This document shows, one piece after another, positions 40,499-50,715 of a stretch of DNA of 64,000 nucleotides. The position numbers were made by a program, and so were the translations under genes. The notes beneath the pieces are model-generated. The model worked only from the letters and a program-made list of their open reading frames with translations. It ran no database searches and was not told the origin of the DNA. Each line of letters starts with the position of its first letter. Position 1 is the stretch's first letter. Source of the DNA: Gammaproteobacteria bacterium (lineage in GTDB: Bacteria > Pseudomonadota > Gammaproteobacteria > UBA1113); contig JAJFKI010000097.1 of assembly GCA_021773295.1 (NCBI GenBank), forward strand, positions 2,508 to 66,507, in the 5' to 3' direction.

Positions 40499-41791
40499 TT
40501 AACTTGATTTACTCAAGCGCTCATACTCATGTCTTGGCAAACAGATGGTTAAAAAGTAATGACCTTCTTCATCAACCTCTTCGTCGATCACTGCACCAAT
40601 GTCGTAAAAATGTGCACGTAACTTTGCATCTTGGCTAGTTAGGCAGAGCGTCTGGTAGCACAGTTCGCCGTGTAAAATTTCTGCGATGGCTTGGTGGAGT
40701 AAGTCAATGCCCTCGCCGGTCACGGCAGATAGCCACACGCGGCGAATATGATTGTGCTCATCACGCTCTAGTAAGGGCTCGGCTCCTTCCACTAAGTCTA
40801 TTTTGTTGTACACCATTAATTGCGGCACGCTTTGGGCACCGATTTCTTTTAACACTAACGCTACTTGTTCAGCATGGGTGCGACGGCGCTCATCATTAGC
40901 ATCGACGATGTGTAATAACATATCAGCTTGCGTCGTTTCTTCTAAGGTTGCGCGAAAAGCATCCACTAAATCGTGGGGTAAATGACGGATGAAACCAACC
41001 GTGTCCGCTAAGATGGCTTGGCCTAAACTGCTAATATTAATTCGTCGCAAGGTAGGATCAAGGGTTGCAAATAATTTATCCGCAGCGTAAACATCACTTT
41101 GGGTTAAGCGATTAAATAAGGTTGATTTACCGGCATTAGTATATCCCACCAAAGAAATCGTAGGGATATTCGCTTTCTGCCGCGAACGACGATTTTGGGT
41201 GCGCTGACTCTGGACTTTTTGTAAACGCTTTTTAATGTTTTTAATGCGAAGATTAATCAAGCGCCTGTCGGACTCAAGCTGAGTTTCACCCGGGCCACGC
41301 AAGCCAATACCACCCTTTTGGCGCTCTAAGTGGGTCCAGCCTCGGACTAAGCGGGTAGATAAATGTTGTAATTGTGCCAATTCTACTTGCAACTTACCTT
41401 CATGCGTACGTGCGCGCTGCGCAAAAATATCCAGGATAAGACCTATCCTGTCTAAGACCTGGCAATCAAATAATTTTTCTAAATTTCGCTGCTGTCCAGG
41501 CGACAATTCACAATTCATGATGACAAGATCTGCCTCATGATGCATGATAAATTGCTTGATTGCCTCAGCTTTACCACTACCAATATAAAATTTGGGGTGG
41601 GGTGCTTTGCGAGACACAACAATGACTTCAACACTCGTAGCACCGGCTGATGCTACGAGTAGCTTGAATTCATCTAACTCTTCTTGGACGTTGCCTTTGG
41701 CAAAATCCACATGAACTAACACAGCTAATTCACCACCGGTGGGGCGCTCGAACAAATAAACTCCTAATGATGTTGTGCTTTGAAAAAGCAC
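40499..41791 (-). CDS. hflX: GTPase HflX
   Basis: GYTNAGKSTLFN G1, DTVGF G3, NKID G4. The N-terminus may start ~10 aa inside the track ORF. Confidence 0.9.
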   Translation of the reverse strand: MLFQSTTSLGVYLFERPTGGELAVLVHVDFAKGNVQEELDEFKLLVASAGATSVEVIVVSRKAPHPKFYIGSGKAEAIKQFIMHHEADLVIMNCELSPGQQRNLEKLFDCQVLDRIGLILDIFAQRARTHEGKLQVELAQLQHLSTRLVRGWTHLERQKGGIGLRGPGETQLESDRRLINLRIKNIKKRLQKVQSQRTQNRRSRQKANIPTISLVGYTNAGKSTLFNRLTQSDVYAADKLFATLDPTLRRINISSLGQAILADTVGFIRHLPHDLVDAFRATLEETTQADMLLHIVDANDERRRTHAEQVALVLKEIGAQSVPQLMVYNKIDLVEGAEPLLERDEHNHIRRVWLSAVTGEGIDLLHQAIAEILHGELCYQTLCLTSQDAKLRAHFYDIGAVIDEEVDEEGHYFLTICLPRHEYERLSKSS

Positions 41792-41847
41792 TCTTTAGGT
41801 TTTTACCTCAATTTAGATACCCACCACACGTTTAGGTGACTATCTTA

Positions 41848-42102
41848 TCAGCCTTCTACAGAAGCTTCTTCTTCTTCATGCACCGCATTCATCATTTTAA
41901 CCGCACGGGAGGGTACGATTGTCGAAATAGCATGTTTGTATACTAATTGACTGACAGAGTTTTTTAGCAACACGACAAATTGATCGAATGAATCAACTTG
42001 CCCCTGTAGCTTGATCCCATTCACTAAATAGATAGCGACAGGAACTTTATCTTTGCGTAGTGCATTTAAAAAAGGGTCTTGTAATGTTTGCCCTTTTGAC
42101 AT
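41848..42102 (-). CDS. hfq: RNA chaperone Hfq
   Basis: Sm1/Sm2 motifs ([27 protein letters not shown]...YKHAIST) and an acidic tail. Confidence 0.95.
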   Translation of the reverse strand: MSKGQTLQDPFLNALRKDKVPVAIYLVNGIKLQGQVDSFDQFVVLLKNSVSQLVYKHAISTIVPSRAVKMMNAVHEEEEASVEG

Positions 42103-42298
42103 TTCCTTTCTCCTTATTCCCTAACACGTCAGCCGAGGCTGATTAAGGTTAACCGTTAAACGGACTAAGTCTAGCATGGTCTTAAGCCAGCTATAAAGAA
42201 AGTTTTTAATATTACAGGATTATTTTTTTCAAAAAGCCTGGTTTGCAATTGCCTTGTTCACTATAATAACAATAATTTACATTTATTTAGCAGTAATT

Positions 42299-43651
42299 AT
42301 GAGCAAATGGCATCCTTTTAGTTGGCAAGACAAAACCTGCGAACAGCAACCTGACTATTCTTCGGCCGAGGCCTTGGCAAATGCCAGTGACAAATTGGCA
42401 AGCCTGCCTCCTTTAGTGTCAGAATTTGAAATTAAACGCTTAAAAAAACAATTGGCCGCCGCCCAAGCGGGCCACTATTTTTTAATCCAAGGTGGCGATT
42501 GCGCCGAAAGCTTTGCAGAATGCAGCGCCGACTCAATCACCAATAAATTAAAAATTCTGTTGCAAATGAGCTTGATTTTGACCTATGGCTTACGCACACC
42601 CGTTATTCGAGTGGGACGGATAGCTGGTCAATACGCCAAACCTCGCTCTCAAGCCAATGAAACCATCGACGGTGTCACCTTGCCAAGTTATCGTGGCGAT
42701 ATCATTAACCAGGCCGATTTCACCCCCGAAGCACGTGAACCAGATCCACAAAAAATGCTCACTGGCTATCACTATTCTGCACTGACGCTCAATTATTTAC
42801 GGGCTCTCATCGATGGCGGCTTCGCCGATTTGCAATATCCAGAAAACTGGAACTTAGATTTCGTCAAACATTCTCCCATGGCCGATGACTATTTAAATTT
42901 ATCCAATATGATTGGGGATGCCATCGATTATGTGAAAACTATTCCCGGTATCAATACCACCAATTTACAACAAGTTGATTTCTTCGCCAGCCATGAAGCC
43001 TTATTACTGCCCTATGAAGCTGCCCTAACTCGCTATTCTGAGCCTCACCAGCGCTGGTATAATTTATCCACTCACTTACCATGGATTGGCATGCGTACTG
43101 CGCATTTGGATCATGGGCATGTGGAATACATGCGTGGTATCGCCAATCCTGTTGGCGTTAAAATCGGCCCCACGATGACCCAAGCATGGTTAATTGATTT
43201 ATTGGATACATTAAACCCCGAGCATGAGCCTGGCAAAATTATCTTAATCCATCGCTTTGGCCATACCCAAATTGGCGAGCACTTGCCAGCTTTAATCAAA
43301 GCCGTTAAGACAAGTAAACATCCTGTGCTTTGGTCATGCGATCCCATGCATGGTAATACCAAGAAAACCAGTCTCGGACATAAGACCCGTTATTTCCATG
43401 ACATTTTATCGGAATTACAACAAGCCTTTACCATTCATAATGCCCATGATAGCCAGCTAGGTGGCGTGCATTTTGAAATGACTGGCGACAATATTACAGA
43501 ATGCATCGGCGGCGCCATGGATGTGCGCGAAGAAGATTTAATCGACGGCTATAAAAGCACCGTTGATCCACGCCTTAATTATGAGCAAGCTTTAGAAATG
43601 GCCATGTTAATTGTAAGCTCGGTATCGAAGATTCCTAAGCCAGGGTCTTAG
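42299..43651 (+). CDS. Class-II (plant/AroA(II)-type) 3-deoxy-7-phosphoheptulonate synthase. Start at MSKWHPFSWQ
   Basis: ~450 aa. N-terminus SWQDK....QQP.Y and conserved GGDCAESF-type blocks typical of class-II DAHP synthases. Confidence 0.85.
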   Translation: MSKWHPFSWQDKTCEQQPDYSSAEALANASDKLASLPPLVSEFEIKRLKKQLAAAQAGHYFLIQGGDCAESFAECSADSITNKLKILLQMSLILTYGLRTPVIRVGRIAGQYAKPRSQANETIDGVTLPSYRGDIINQADFTPEAREPDPQKMLTGYHYSALTLNYLRALIDGGFADLQYPENWNLDFVKHSPMADDYLNLSNMIGDAIDYVKTIPGINTTNLQQVDFFASHEALLLPYEAALTRYSEPHQRWYNLSTHLPWIGMRTAHLDHGHVEYMRGIANPVGVKIGPTMTQAWLIDLLDTLNPEHEPGKIILIHRFGHTQIGEHLPALIKAVKTSKHPVLWSCDPMHGNTKKTSLGHKTRYFHDILSELQQAFTIHNAHDSQLGGVHFEMTGDNITECIGGAMDVREEDLIDGYKSTVDPRLNYEQALEMAMLIVSSVSKIPKPGS

Positions 43652-44128
43652 CAACCTTTCAATGATGCAAATCATTACCACGCAAGCGAGGATGGTAAGG
43701 TATAACCAACCATCCCAGTGATCGATCACCACACCTAAGGATAAACCCACGGCGGGTGGGTGATTTAAGTCGAGTACAATTAAGCTAAGCATGGTGGTTG
43801 CCAACGCTAAACCACCGGTAATGATATACACATGGTCGTATCTAAGAACGTGCTCAACGCCAACAAATTTGCGACTGCCATAAAAATAAAGGAGCCCAAC
43901 GGCCAATCCTATACAATAACTCAAAATCACACGTCTTAATTTCGCCGTTTCACAATGAGGACGAGAAAGTAAAATAAAGATGGTCGAACCAATTGAGCTC
44001 GCGCCGACAATACTAAGAATACCTTCACTTTCCACGAGTCGTAAGCATAATAAAACACTAACACATAGCAGCAAGGCGACGGTAATTTGAAGAGTGGTGG
44101 CTACCCTTGGAGAAAATTTCTTTTTCAC
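43607..44128 (-). CDS. HPP-family membrane protein
   Basis: Four TM and the signature LNHPPA. Its 3' end overlaps the DAHP synthase stop by 45 bp (convergent). Confidence 0.6.
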   Translation of the reverse strand: MKKKFSPRVATTLQITVALLLCVSVLLCLRLVESEGILSIVGASSIGSTIFILLSRPHCETAKLRRVILSYCIGLAVGLLYFYGSRKFVGVEHVLRYDHVYIITGGLALATTMLSLIVLDLNHPPAVGLSLGVVIDHWDGWLYLTILACVVMICIIERLLRPWLRNLRYRAYN

Positions 44129-44191
44129 GATTGAAGATCCGTTTCAGACTGACTTAGTGTTACTGTGGCATAAAAGGTGAAACTGAGTCAA

Positions 44192-46015
44192 TCACCGCGT
44201 TGCAAAGAATTGTCTGACTCTTTCGCCAGCTTCTTGGCCGGTGAGTTGTGAGAAGCGAGTGGGTGATTCGGCCTGATCTCCTTCAGCACGATGCATCAGC
44301 ACAGGTTCTGTTGAGCAGCCATAGTTGAAGGGTACACAGCTGTGGCCACACACATCAGGCTCAACAGTGTAACCATCCACGTCTTTAAAGAAAACGGTCA
44401 TCTTGCGGTTACGGTTTGTGACTTTATGAGTACTTGGATCACGACCGAAAAAACCATACTTGTGTAACACCCTATCAAATTTTAAGCGTGATGATTTGTG
44501 CAGTGAACAAAAATGGCTGAGGACTGGATCATCTAAAGGTCTACAAGCTTCGCGAACATCTTTGTGTGATCGCACCACAGAATACTCGCGTTTTAATGTC
44601 GGCAGACTGGCAAAATGTGCTGCCGTATTCAATTGCCACCTAGCACTCCATAATGCAACAGCAATAATTGGACGAAGGAAAAATCCTAATACTTTTCCAA
44701 TAACTGGTAACTTTCTCACATACGAAATTGCTACGTTAGTGGTAGAAGAAAATGTTTTAGAGGCATAGGTGCCTGCTAAATTTATACCACGCCGATGGTA
44801 ATAATTAGCAACATGACTAACGATGCTGCCACCTAAAGAGACGCCATGCAAACCAATGCGCTCATAAGGCACACCGAGTTCCTTATTCAAACGTTCGACT
44901 TGGGCAATACCTGCCTCGATTAAGTGTGCTGCCTTTCTAACTTTGCCACTACTGTTTAAAACACCGGGATAATTAAATTGAACGGCCGTGACCGAAGTGC
45001 CTAGTGATTGATAGGCCCTTAAGTCACCTTTAACTCTAGGCATGTCACGCTGATAGCAATCACTATTTCCATTGAAGTAAATAATATGTAAATGATTGCG
45101 TGGCGCCGTTGTGTTTACCAAACGATTATCAGCCAAAACGCCTGTCATCACAGCACCTGATGGCATGCGTACTTTAAATTCTTCAAAGTTTATCTCTTGA
45201 GATCTTGGAGTGGGCTCAGGTAATGCATCAAAATGAAAATATTCATTATCGGCATCAATATCACCGAATGCTTCAATAAGCGCTGCATCCTCGGCGGCGA
45301 AAGGGGTTTCTTCAACTTCATGTTGTTTTTTTAAGGCAAGGTATTGATTACTCAACACATGATCTAAATCAATACTACCTTGCGCTGAAACTTGTGGTTC
45401 TTTTAACCCCCCAGGAAAAATCAATGGTCCTAAGGTGCCAGTCAACGTTTGCGGCTTAGTGATATAGTGGGGGTTACCATGATTAGCCACACCAGCAATA
45501 GCACGACCAATGGTTTGTTTACTCAGAAAACTATCAAAAATTAATAAGCGCATTAACCGCTTTAAGTTCGAGTTGAAAAAACCAAACAGCGGCTTCCACC
45601 ATGATTCTGGTAAACGGGTATACTCAAATGCATCATTATTAACCGCTTCTACTTCCGAGCCTAATAACTCAGAAAAATAGCGGGAGACTTTTTCACCATA
45701 TTTACGCCAAAAACCCATCTCATCTAATTTAATGTCATCATTATGTTGTTTGATAGTCTCATATAATAAGGCAAAAGGATGGTGAATGGTTTTGAGCGTC
45801 TCTGCGGTGATTGCTTGCGCTTCACCGTCATAATATTGTAAATAAAAACGATGCACACAGCTTGGATCGGTGGCAGGCGTTACACGGCAAAAAGGCTCTC
45901 TGACCATTTCACCATAGTGATCAACTTGATGATAAACCGTTAGCGTTTTAGGTTTTTCTTCTAACCGTTTGAAATAAAACGCAAGTTCATTATTTAAATC
46001 ATGAATATCTGTCAT
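44192..46015 (-). CDS. Hypothetical 607-aa protein with an alpha/beta-hydrolase lipase/esterase-type GxSxG motif (GVSLGG)
   Basis: Motif GLHGVSLGGSIV, with the downstream Asp/His of a candidate triad. No other family signal. Large N-terminal domain of unknown function. Confidence 0.5.
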   Translation of the reverse strand: MTDIHDLNNELAFYFKRLEEKPKTLTVYHQVDHYGEMVREPFCRVTPATDPSCVHRFYLQYYDGEAQAITAETLKTIHHPFALLYETIKQHNDDIKLDEMGFWRKYGEKVSRYFSELLGSEVEAVNNDAFEYTRLPESWWKPLFGFFNSNLKRLMRLLIFDSFLSKQTIGRAIAGVANHGNPHYITKPQTLTGTLGPLIFPGGLKEPQVSAQGSIDLDHVLSNQYLALKKQHEVEETPFAAEDAALIEAFGDIDADNEYFHFDALPEPTPRSQEINFEEFKVRMPSGAVMTGVLADNRLVNTTAPRNHLHIIYFNGNSDCYQRDMPRVKGDLRAYQSLGTSVTAVQFNYPGVLNSSGKVRKAAHLIEAGIAQVERLNKELGVPYERIGLHGVSLGGSIVSHVANYYHRRGINLAGTYASKTFSSTTNVAISYVRKLPVIGKVLGFFLRPIIAVALWSARWQLNTAAHFASLPTLKREYSVVRSHKDVREACRPLDDPVLSHFCSLHKSSRLKFDRVLHKYGFFGRDPSTHKVTNRNRKMTVFFKDVDGYTVEPDVCGHSCVPFNYGCSTEPVLMHRAEGDQAESPTRFSQLTGQEAGERVRQFFATR

Positions 46016-46026
46016 ACCTGGCTCAA

Positions 46027-46542
46027 TTATGCTTTTTTAGTAACGTTTGCTGTAGGTTTTGCAGCTTTAGCATGGTGTTGTGCAGGAACTGGTGTTGTAT
46101 CTGGGATTAAGCGAACACGCGCACCGTAAAGTAATAAGACGCGTTGGTTAACGTGTAAATTCGTTGGAGCTTGCACCACAGACATTGTTTTACGAGTATC
46201 AAGTTGAACAATATACTCAATAGCATTTTGCGTGTTGACACTCTTATCAATTGCATGACCCGCAATACCACCGGCAATAGCACCAGCAACGCCTGTCACG
46301 ATACTACCGCGGCCGCCACCAACAGCAGATCCTAAAACGGCACCAGAGGCTAAACCTGCAGGCCCGCCGAAACCAGAATTACCTTTTACTTTGACCGGGC
46401 GCATGCTGATGATTACACCATGATACACACGAGAACCTGAATCAATATTGGCATCAGAATAGGTATTTGGAGAAAGATCTTTAGCACATGCAGCTAGCAA
46501 CAAAGTTAATAGAATGGGTAAAACCACAATGTAACGTTTCAT
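46027..46542 (-). CDS. SlyB/Pcp-like outer-membrane lipoprotein (glycine-zipper 2TM domain)
   Basis: Lipobox LLAAC plus GxxxG-rich segment GAVLGSAVGGGRGSIVTGVAGAIAGGIAG. Confidence 0.7.
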   Translation of the reverse strand: MKRYIVVLPILLTLLLAACAKDLSPNTYSDANIDSGSRVYHGVIISMRPVKVKGNSGFGGPAGLASGAVLGSAVGGGRGSIVTGVAGAIAGGIAGHAIDKSVNTQNAIEYIVQLDTRKTMSVVQAPTNLHVNQRVLLLYGARVRLIPDTTPVPAQHHAKAAKPTANVTKKA

Positions 46543-46739
46543 ATAAGTATCCTCTGTCTCAATTTAGGTATATGCCCATAATTACATAAGGACTAAGGGC
46601 ACCTCTCGCGGCAGATTATAAAACTACCAGTTTGTAATTGCATTATTTTTTTTCTTAAGGATATCTTAAATGTACATTTGGTCTAAATACAGAAAAATGG
46701 TACGATTTGGTTCAATCTTAAGAATGATGGGGCAATTAG

Positions 46740-47693
46740 ATGGCACAAGATGATAATGGCAATTCACAGCAAGAGGCGTTGCAGACTATTTTATTGGAAG
46801 GAATAAAAGAACAACGTCGCTCCAGACGCTGGCGGATTTTCTTTCGTTTTGCTTGGATTGGAATCATTATCATCGCTATTTTTGCCTTAAGACCTGGCCA
46901 TAGTAAGGATTACTATAGCCGTAACTTACCCCACGCCGCGTTGATTAAAATAAGTGGCACCATTATGCCTGGTGTTAGCACCAGTGCTGAGAATATCAAT
47001 AAAAGTTTAAATAGTGCCTTTAGCGATGAAAATGCCACTGGTATCTTGTTGCAAATCAATAGCCCCGGCGGTTCTCCTGTGCAAGCAGGTGAAGTCTATG
47101 ACAATATCATGCGCCTTCGAAAAAAATACCCTAAGAAAAAAGTCTATGCCGTGTGTACTGATATGTGTGCTTCCGGTGCTTATTATATTGCAGCCGCTGC
47201 CAATGATGTTTATGTAGATAAAGCCAGTTTGGTTGGTTCCATTGGTGTATTGATGAATGGCTTTGGTTTCGTGGATACCTTGAAAAAAGTCGGCGCCACC
47301 AGACGGTTAATCACTGCTGGTTCTGAAAAAGGCTTTATGGATCCTTTCTCACCCGTCAAAGAATCCGATGTGAAATACATGCACAAAATGTTAGGCATCA
47401 TCCATCAGCAATTTATCAACAGCGTCAAAAAAGGCCGCGGCAAACGTTTGAAATTAGACACACCGTTATTATTCTCAGGCTTAGTCTGGACCGGCCAACA
47501 AGCTGTACAAATCGGCTTAGCCGATGGCTTAGGCAGCCCCACTGAAGTCGCCCGCGATGTGATTAAAACTAAAAATATTGTGGATTATACGCAACAACAA
47601 AGCTTATTCAGTAAGTTTTCCGCCAAAGTTGGCGCTGAGTTTGCAGATTCAGTCACAACGCACCTGGGCATACCCGCTTCAGGATTGCAGTAA
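46740..47693 (+). CDS. S49-family peptidase (SohB / SppA 36K type)
   Basis: N-terminal TM and ClpP-fold motifs (INSPGGSPVQAGE; catalytic Ser in CASGAYYIA). Confidence 0.85.
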   Translation: MAQDDNGNSQQEALQTILLEGIKEQRRSRRWRIFFRFAWIGIIIIAIFALRPGHSKDYYSRNLPHAALIKISGTIMPGVSTSAENINKSLNSAFSDENATGILLQINSPGGSPVQAGEVYDNIMRLRKKYPKKKVYAVCTDMCASGAYYIAAAANDVYVDKASLVGSIGVLMNGFGFVDTLKKVGATRRLITAGSEKGFMDPFSPVKESDVKYMHKMLGIIHQQFINSVKKGRGKRLKLDTPLLFSGLVWTGQQAVQIGLADGLGSPTEVARDVIKTKNIVDYTQQQSLFSKFSAKVGAEFADSVTTHLGIPASGLQ

Positions 47694-47820
47694 GGCTTCA
47701 CGCGCTCACGTTGTGAGACCGGGCGTTAGACGCGTTTTTTAGATAGTTTTTGCAACTGCTGGTATTCACCAGCGCAAAAGGTAGAATTGAGATACAGATG
47801 ATAAAAAAGAGAAAAGTAAT

Positions 47821-49962
47821 ATGAAATCACTTCAGTTAGGCGGGCACCTTAAAGGCAATTGGACAAATAATTTAAACCCGTTATTACCCACAACACGACC
47901 ATCAAGACAGTATCCAGTCATTACGGTACAATCCCCTGACTCTGACTCTGACTCTGACTCTGACTCTAATGCTGGCTCTAGCTCTGCTACCAAAAGCCTC
48001 GAAAATTCAAGAGGTCGTCACCTTGACGCGGGGAAGGCGTTCACCGAAGAAGAATTAAGTCAGATTCACGAATGGCAACGCTTCACTGCTAATATGCGGC
48101 CTGCAAGAAGCAAAGAGGAAATAAAAAAAGAAGTACGGCAAGCTTTTAAACGCTTGTTAGTTGGTAACTATAGCGCCATCCATATGCCTATAGATCCAAA
48201 TGGGCACCCAATGTTTAAGAAACCCTGCGAATACTTTGATCCCATTTCAGGAGAACGTATCTCTGCTGTCAGGGCTGATGACGATAGTGCTGTTCCATCT
48301 TTGATTCTAAAAAAACATGGCGTGGAAATAGGCCGACGTATTCATTTTATTCCCGGACGATTTTTTGATAAAGATGGGCATCCCATTCACTCACTTAAGA
48401 ATGAAAGTGGCGAGCCCATTAGAACGTTAACGCTATTTGACCGTGACGGAAATCATGTTGCGCGTCGCAACCTCATGGTTAATAAACATGTCGCCAAGTC
48501 GATAAAATGGAGCACAAAAATTTTTGGCGGAATCATGGCTGTGTTAGCCCTTCCTGTGGGCATTGCATTTATGCATGCCGGTTGGTATGGCGTTGAAGAA
48601 TTTATAGGACAAGATTATGACGATAGCCTTGAGTATTTTGTAAAAGCATGTTTTGAAACCGTCAATGGTCTTCAAGCTGCTTTATATAACTTTAGTGTTT
48701 TTTCAAATTTAATTTTTTTCCCTCGCTTCATGAGTCAATTTTTCACAGAGTCACGCAAAGATCTATTGCTATTATTACCATTTGTTATCCTGAGTTTTTT
48801 TGCTGCAACTTACTCTATCTTTGGTGTGGTTTTTAATCGTCTTGAAGATGAAGAAATTCCTGTGACGGTTATCGTTGCTCTATCAATGGCTTGCATGCAA
48901 GCGGCAGGGATCAGCTTTATTAATATCTTTTATTCCACTAAAAAGTCACGTTTTATTATGCAATTAGCCAGAGACTTTACTATCAGTAGTGAAAATCGAG
49001 CAAGAACTGATATGCTGCAGTTGTATGAGTTATCTGAAGAATACGCTAAGGGCGAGCACTGGAAAATTTTCCTAAAAGAGCTTAAAGCATTAACACCAGA
49101 ACAGCTAGTCATTCTCTTAGGCAGTTTATCAAAAAAGAAAAATTATAAATATAAATTAAAATCACAAAGTTTTAACCGAACGATTATCTATACGCTTGTG
49201 GGCGCTTTAGGTGCTTTATTGTGCGTCGCAGGCAGCATAACAGCGCCGGCAGTCACCTACAATGATGATACTTTACCTGTGGGTTTATCTGAAATTGTAA
49301 CCTTTGCTGTTGCCACCATTTCAGCCGTTTTTTTCGCGAAGCTAGGTTATGAAGTATTTAATGAGTTGTGTTTTTTGCACCAGCGATTTTCATGGTTTCA
49401 GCGTCAACCCACTGTATTACAAATCATACGCAGCCTTTTTTTGTTAATCTGTTTTGTCTTAGTGAGCTTTTCTTGGTTTCCTAGCGTCTCATTAGGTATT
49501 ATTGAGGGTGGCTTACCCGAGGAATATGCGTTTTTTATGGTTACTTTGGCCCTCTTTATCGTCAGTCTTCGAAGTACCATTGGTTTTTTTGAAGGCATCA
49601 TTTCCGCACTACAAAGCTGCTCTCGCATCACAAGACTACCAAAAGATGAATTGCCTAAACCCTTTGAAAAACTACAAAGTAAAATTCAAAGGATGGTCGT
49701 AAAAGGACATTTCTTGCAGATTGAGCGCGCCTTTGACATCGTCATAAAAGAAAATAAAGCCATGACCCAAGCATTAGAAGAAGATCGTGCACCATCACGG
49801 TGCACTAGACTTGGTCGAAATTTATGTGCTTTCTTTAAAAGAGAGGAAGCACCCATTGAGCCGATAGGTCCAAATGAAGAATCACCCTTGATTAATAGTC
49901 ATGTACCTCCTGATGAGGATAACCTCTTCAATTGCCCAAGATTAAGCTGCACATTGCAGTAG
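47821..49962 (+). CDS. Hypothetical 713-aa protein: ~230-aa soluble N-domain (contains SPDSDSDSDSDS), a central block of >=8 TM helices, and a C-terminal soluble tail
   Basis: ORF plus hydropathy only. Possible rho-independent terminator upstream at ~47700-47745. Confidence 0.5.
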   Translation: MKSLQLGGHLKGNWTNNLNPLLPTTRPSRQYPVITVQSPDSDSDSDSDSNAGSSSATKSLENSRGRHLDAGKAFTEEELSQIHEWQRFTANMRPARSKEEIKKEVRQAFKRLLVGNYSAIHMPIDPNGHPMFKKPCEYFDPISGERISAVRADDDSAVPSLILKKHGVEIGRRIHFIPGRFFDKDGHPIHSLKNESGEPIRTLTLFDRDGNHVARRNLMVNKHVAKSIKWSTKIFGGIMAVLALPVGIAFMHAGWYGVEEFIGQDYDDSLEYFVKACFETVNGLQAALYNFSVFSNLIFFPRFMSQFFTESRKDLLLLLPFVILSFFAATYSIFGVVFNRLEDEEIPVTVIVALSMACMQAAGISFINIFYSTKKSRFIMQLARDFTISSENRARTDMLQLYELSEEYAKGEHWKIFLKELKALTPEQLVILLGSLSKKKNYKYKLKSQSFNRTIIYTLVGALGALLCVAGSITAPAVTYNDDTLPVGLSEIVTFAVATISAVFFAKLGYEVFNELCFLHQRFSWFQRQPTVLQIIRSLFLLICFVLVSFSWFPSVSLGIIEGGLPEEYAFFMVTLALFIVSLRSTIGFFEGIISALQSCSRITRLPKDELPKPFEKLQSKIQRMVVKGHFLQIERAFDIVIKENKAMTQALEEDRAPSRCTRLGRNLCAFFKREEAPIEPIGPNEESPLINSHVPPDEDNLFNCPRLSCTLQ
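47938..47967 (+). repeat. (GACTCT)5 hexanucleotide microsatellite encoding (DS)5 within the 713-aa ORF
   Basis: Seen directly. Confidence 0.9.
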
Positions 49963-50034
49963 CGCCTAAATTTCGCATCTTGAAGCACGAGTGGTATACT
50001 GACCCCCAAATTAATTGGATGAAGCGTCACCACA

Positions 50035-50712
50035 ATGATACCAGGACCCTTATACAACGTATTTGGAAAATCTCCCATCAAACCGCTGCAGCAGCATATC
50101 GCTAAAGCCTATGACTGCGCCCATCATTTGTTTGATTTTTTTGCAGCCGTATTAGAGCATGAATGGCATTTGGCCGAAGAAAAGCGGCAAATCATTGCCA
50201 AACTAGAACACGAAGCTGATATTATCAAACGCAACCTGCGCGGTAATTTACACAAAGGTTTATTCTTGCCCGTATCACGAGAAGATGTGTTACAAATTCT
50301 CACGGTGCAAGATAGGATTGCCAACAAAGCCAAAGACATTGCCGGCATTATCATTGGCCGCCGCATGCACATCCCAGAAGCCATAGCCCCCAGCTACCTT
50401 GGATTATTAAAGCGTTGCATGGAAACGGTAAAACTGGCACAAAAGGCAATTAATGAACTCGATGAATTATTAGAAACCGGTTTTCGTGGTAGCGAAGTCA
50501 ACATCGTCGAAGAAATGATTACTGACATTTCCGAGGCAGAGCATGATGCCGATGATTTACAAATAAAGGTCCGACAAGAATTGTATGAAATTGAAAATAC
50601 TTTATCACCCATTGACGCCATGTTTCTTTATGAAGTTATTGATCTCACCGGGAAGATAGCAGACAGAGCAGAGCAAGTCGGAAACCGTTTACAATTATTA
50701 TTAGCGAGATAA
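50035..50712 (+). CDS. PhoU-like DUF47 (TIGR00153) protein, partner of a Pit transporter
   Basis: 225 aa, all-helical, typical YkaA/PitR-type. Sits 3 bp upstream of the Pit gene. Confidence 0.75.
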   Translation: MIPGPLYNVFGKSPIKPLQQHIAKAYDCAHHLFDFFAAVLEHEWHLAEEKRQIIAKLEHEADIIKRNLRGNLHKGLFLPVSREDVLQILTVQDRIANKAKDIAGIIIGRRMHIPEAIAPSYLGLLKRCMETVKLAQKAINELDELLETGFRGSEVNIVEEMITDISEAEHDADDLQIKVRQELYEIENTLSPIDAMFLYEVIDLTGKIADRAEQVGNRLQLLLAR

Positions 50713-50715
50713 CCA

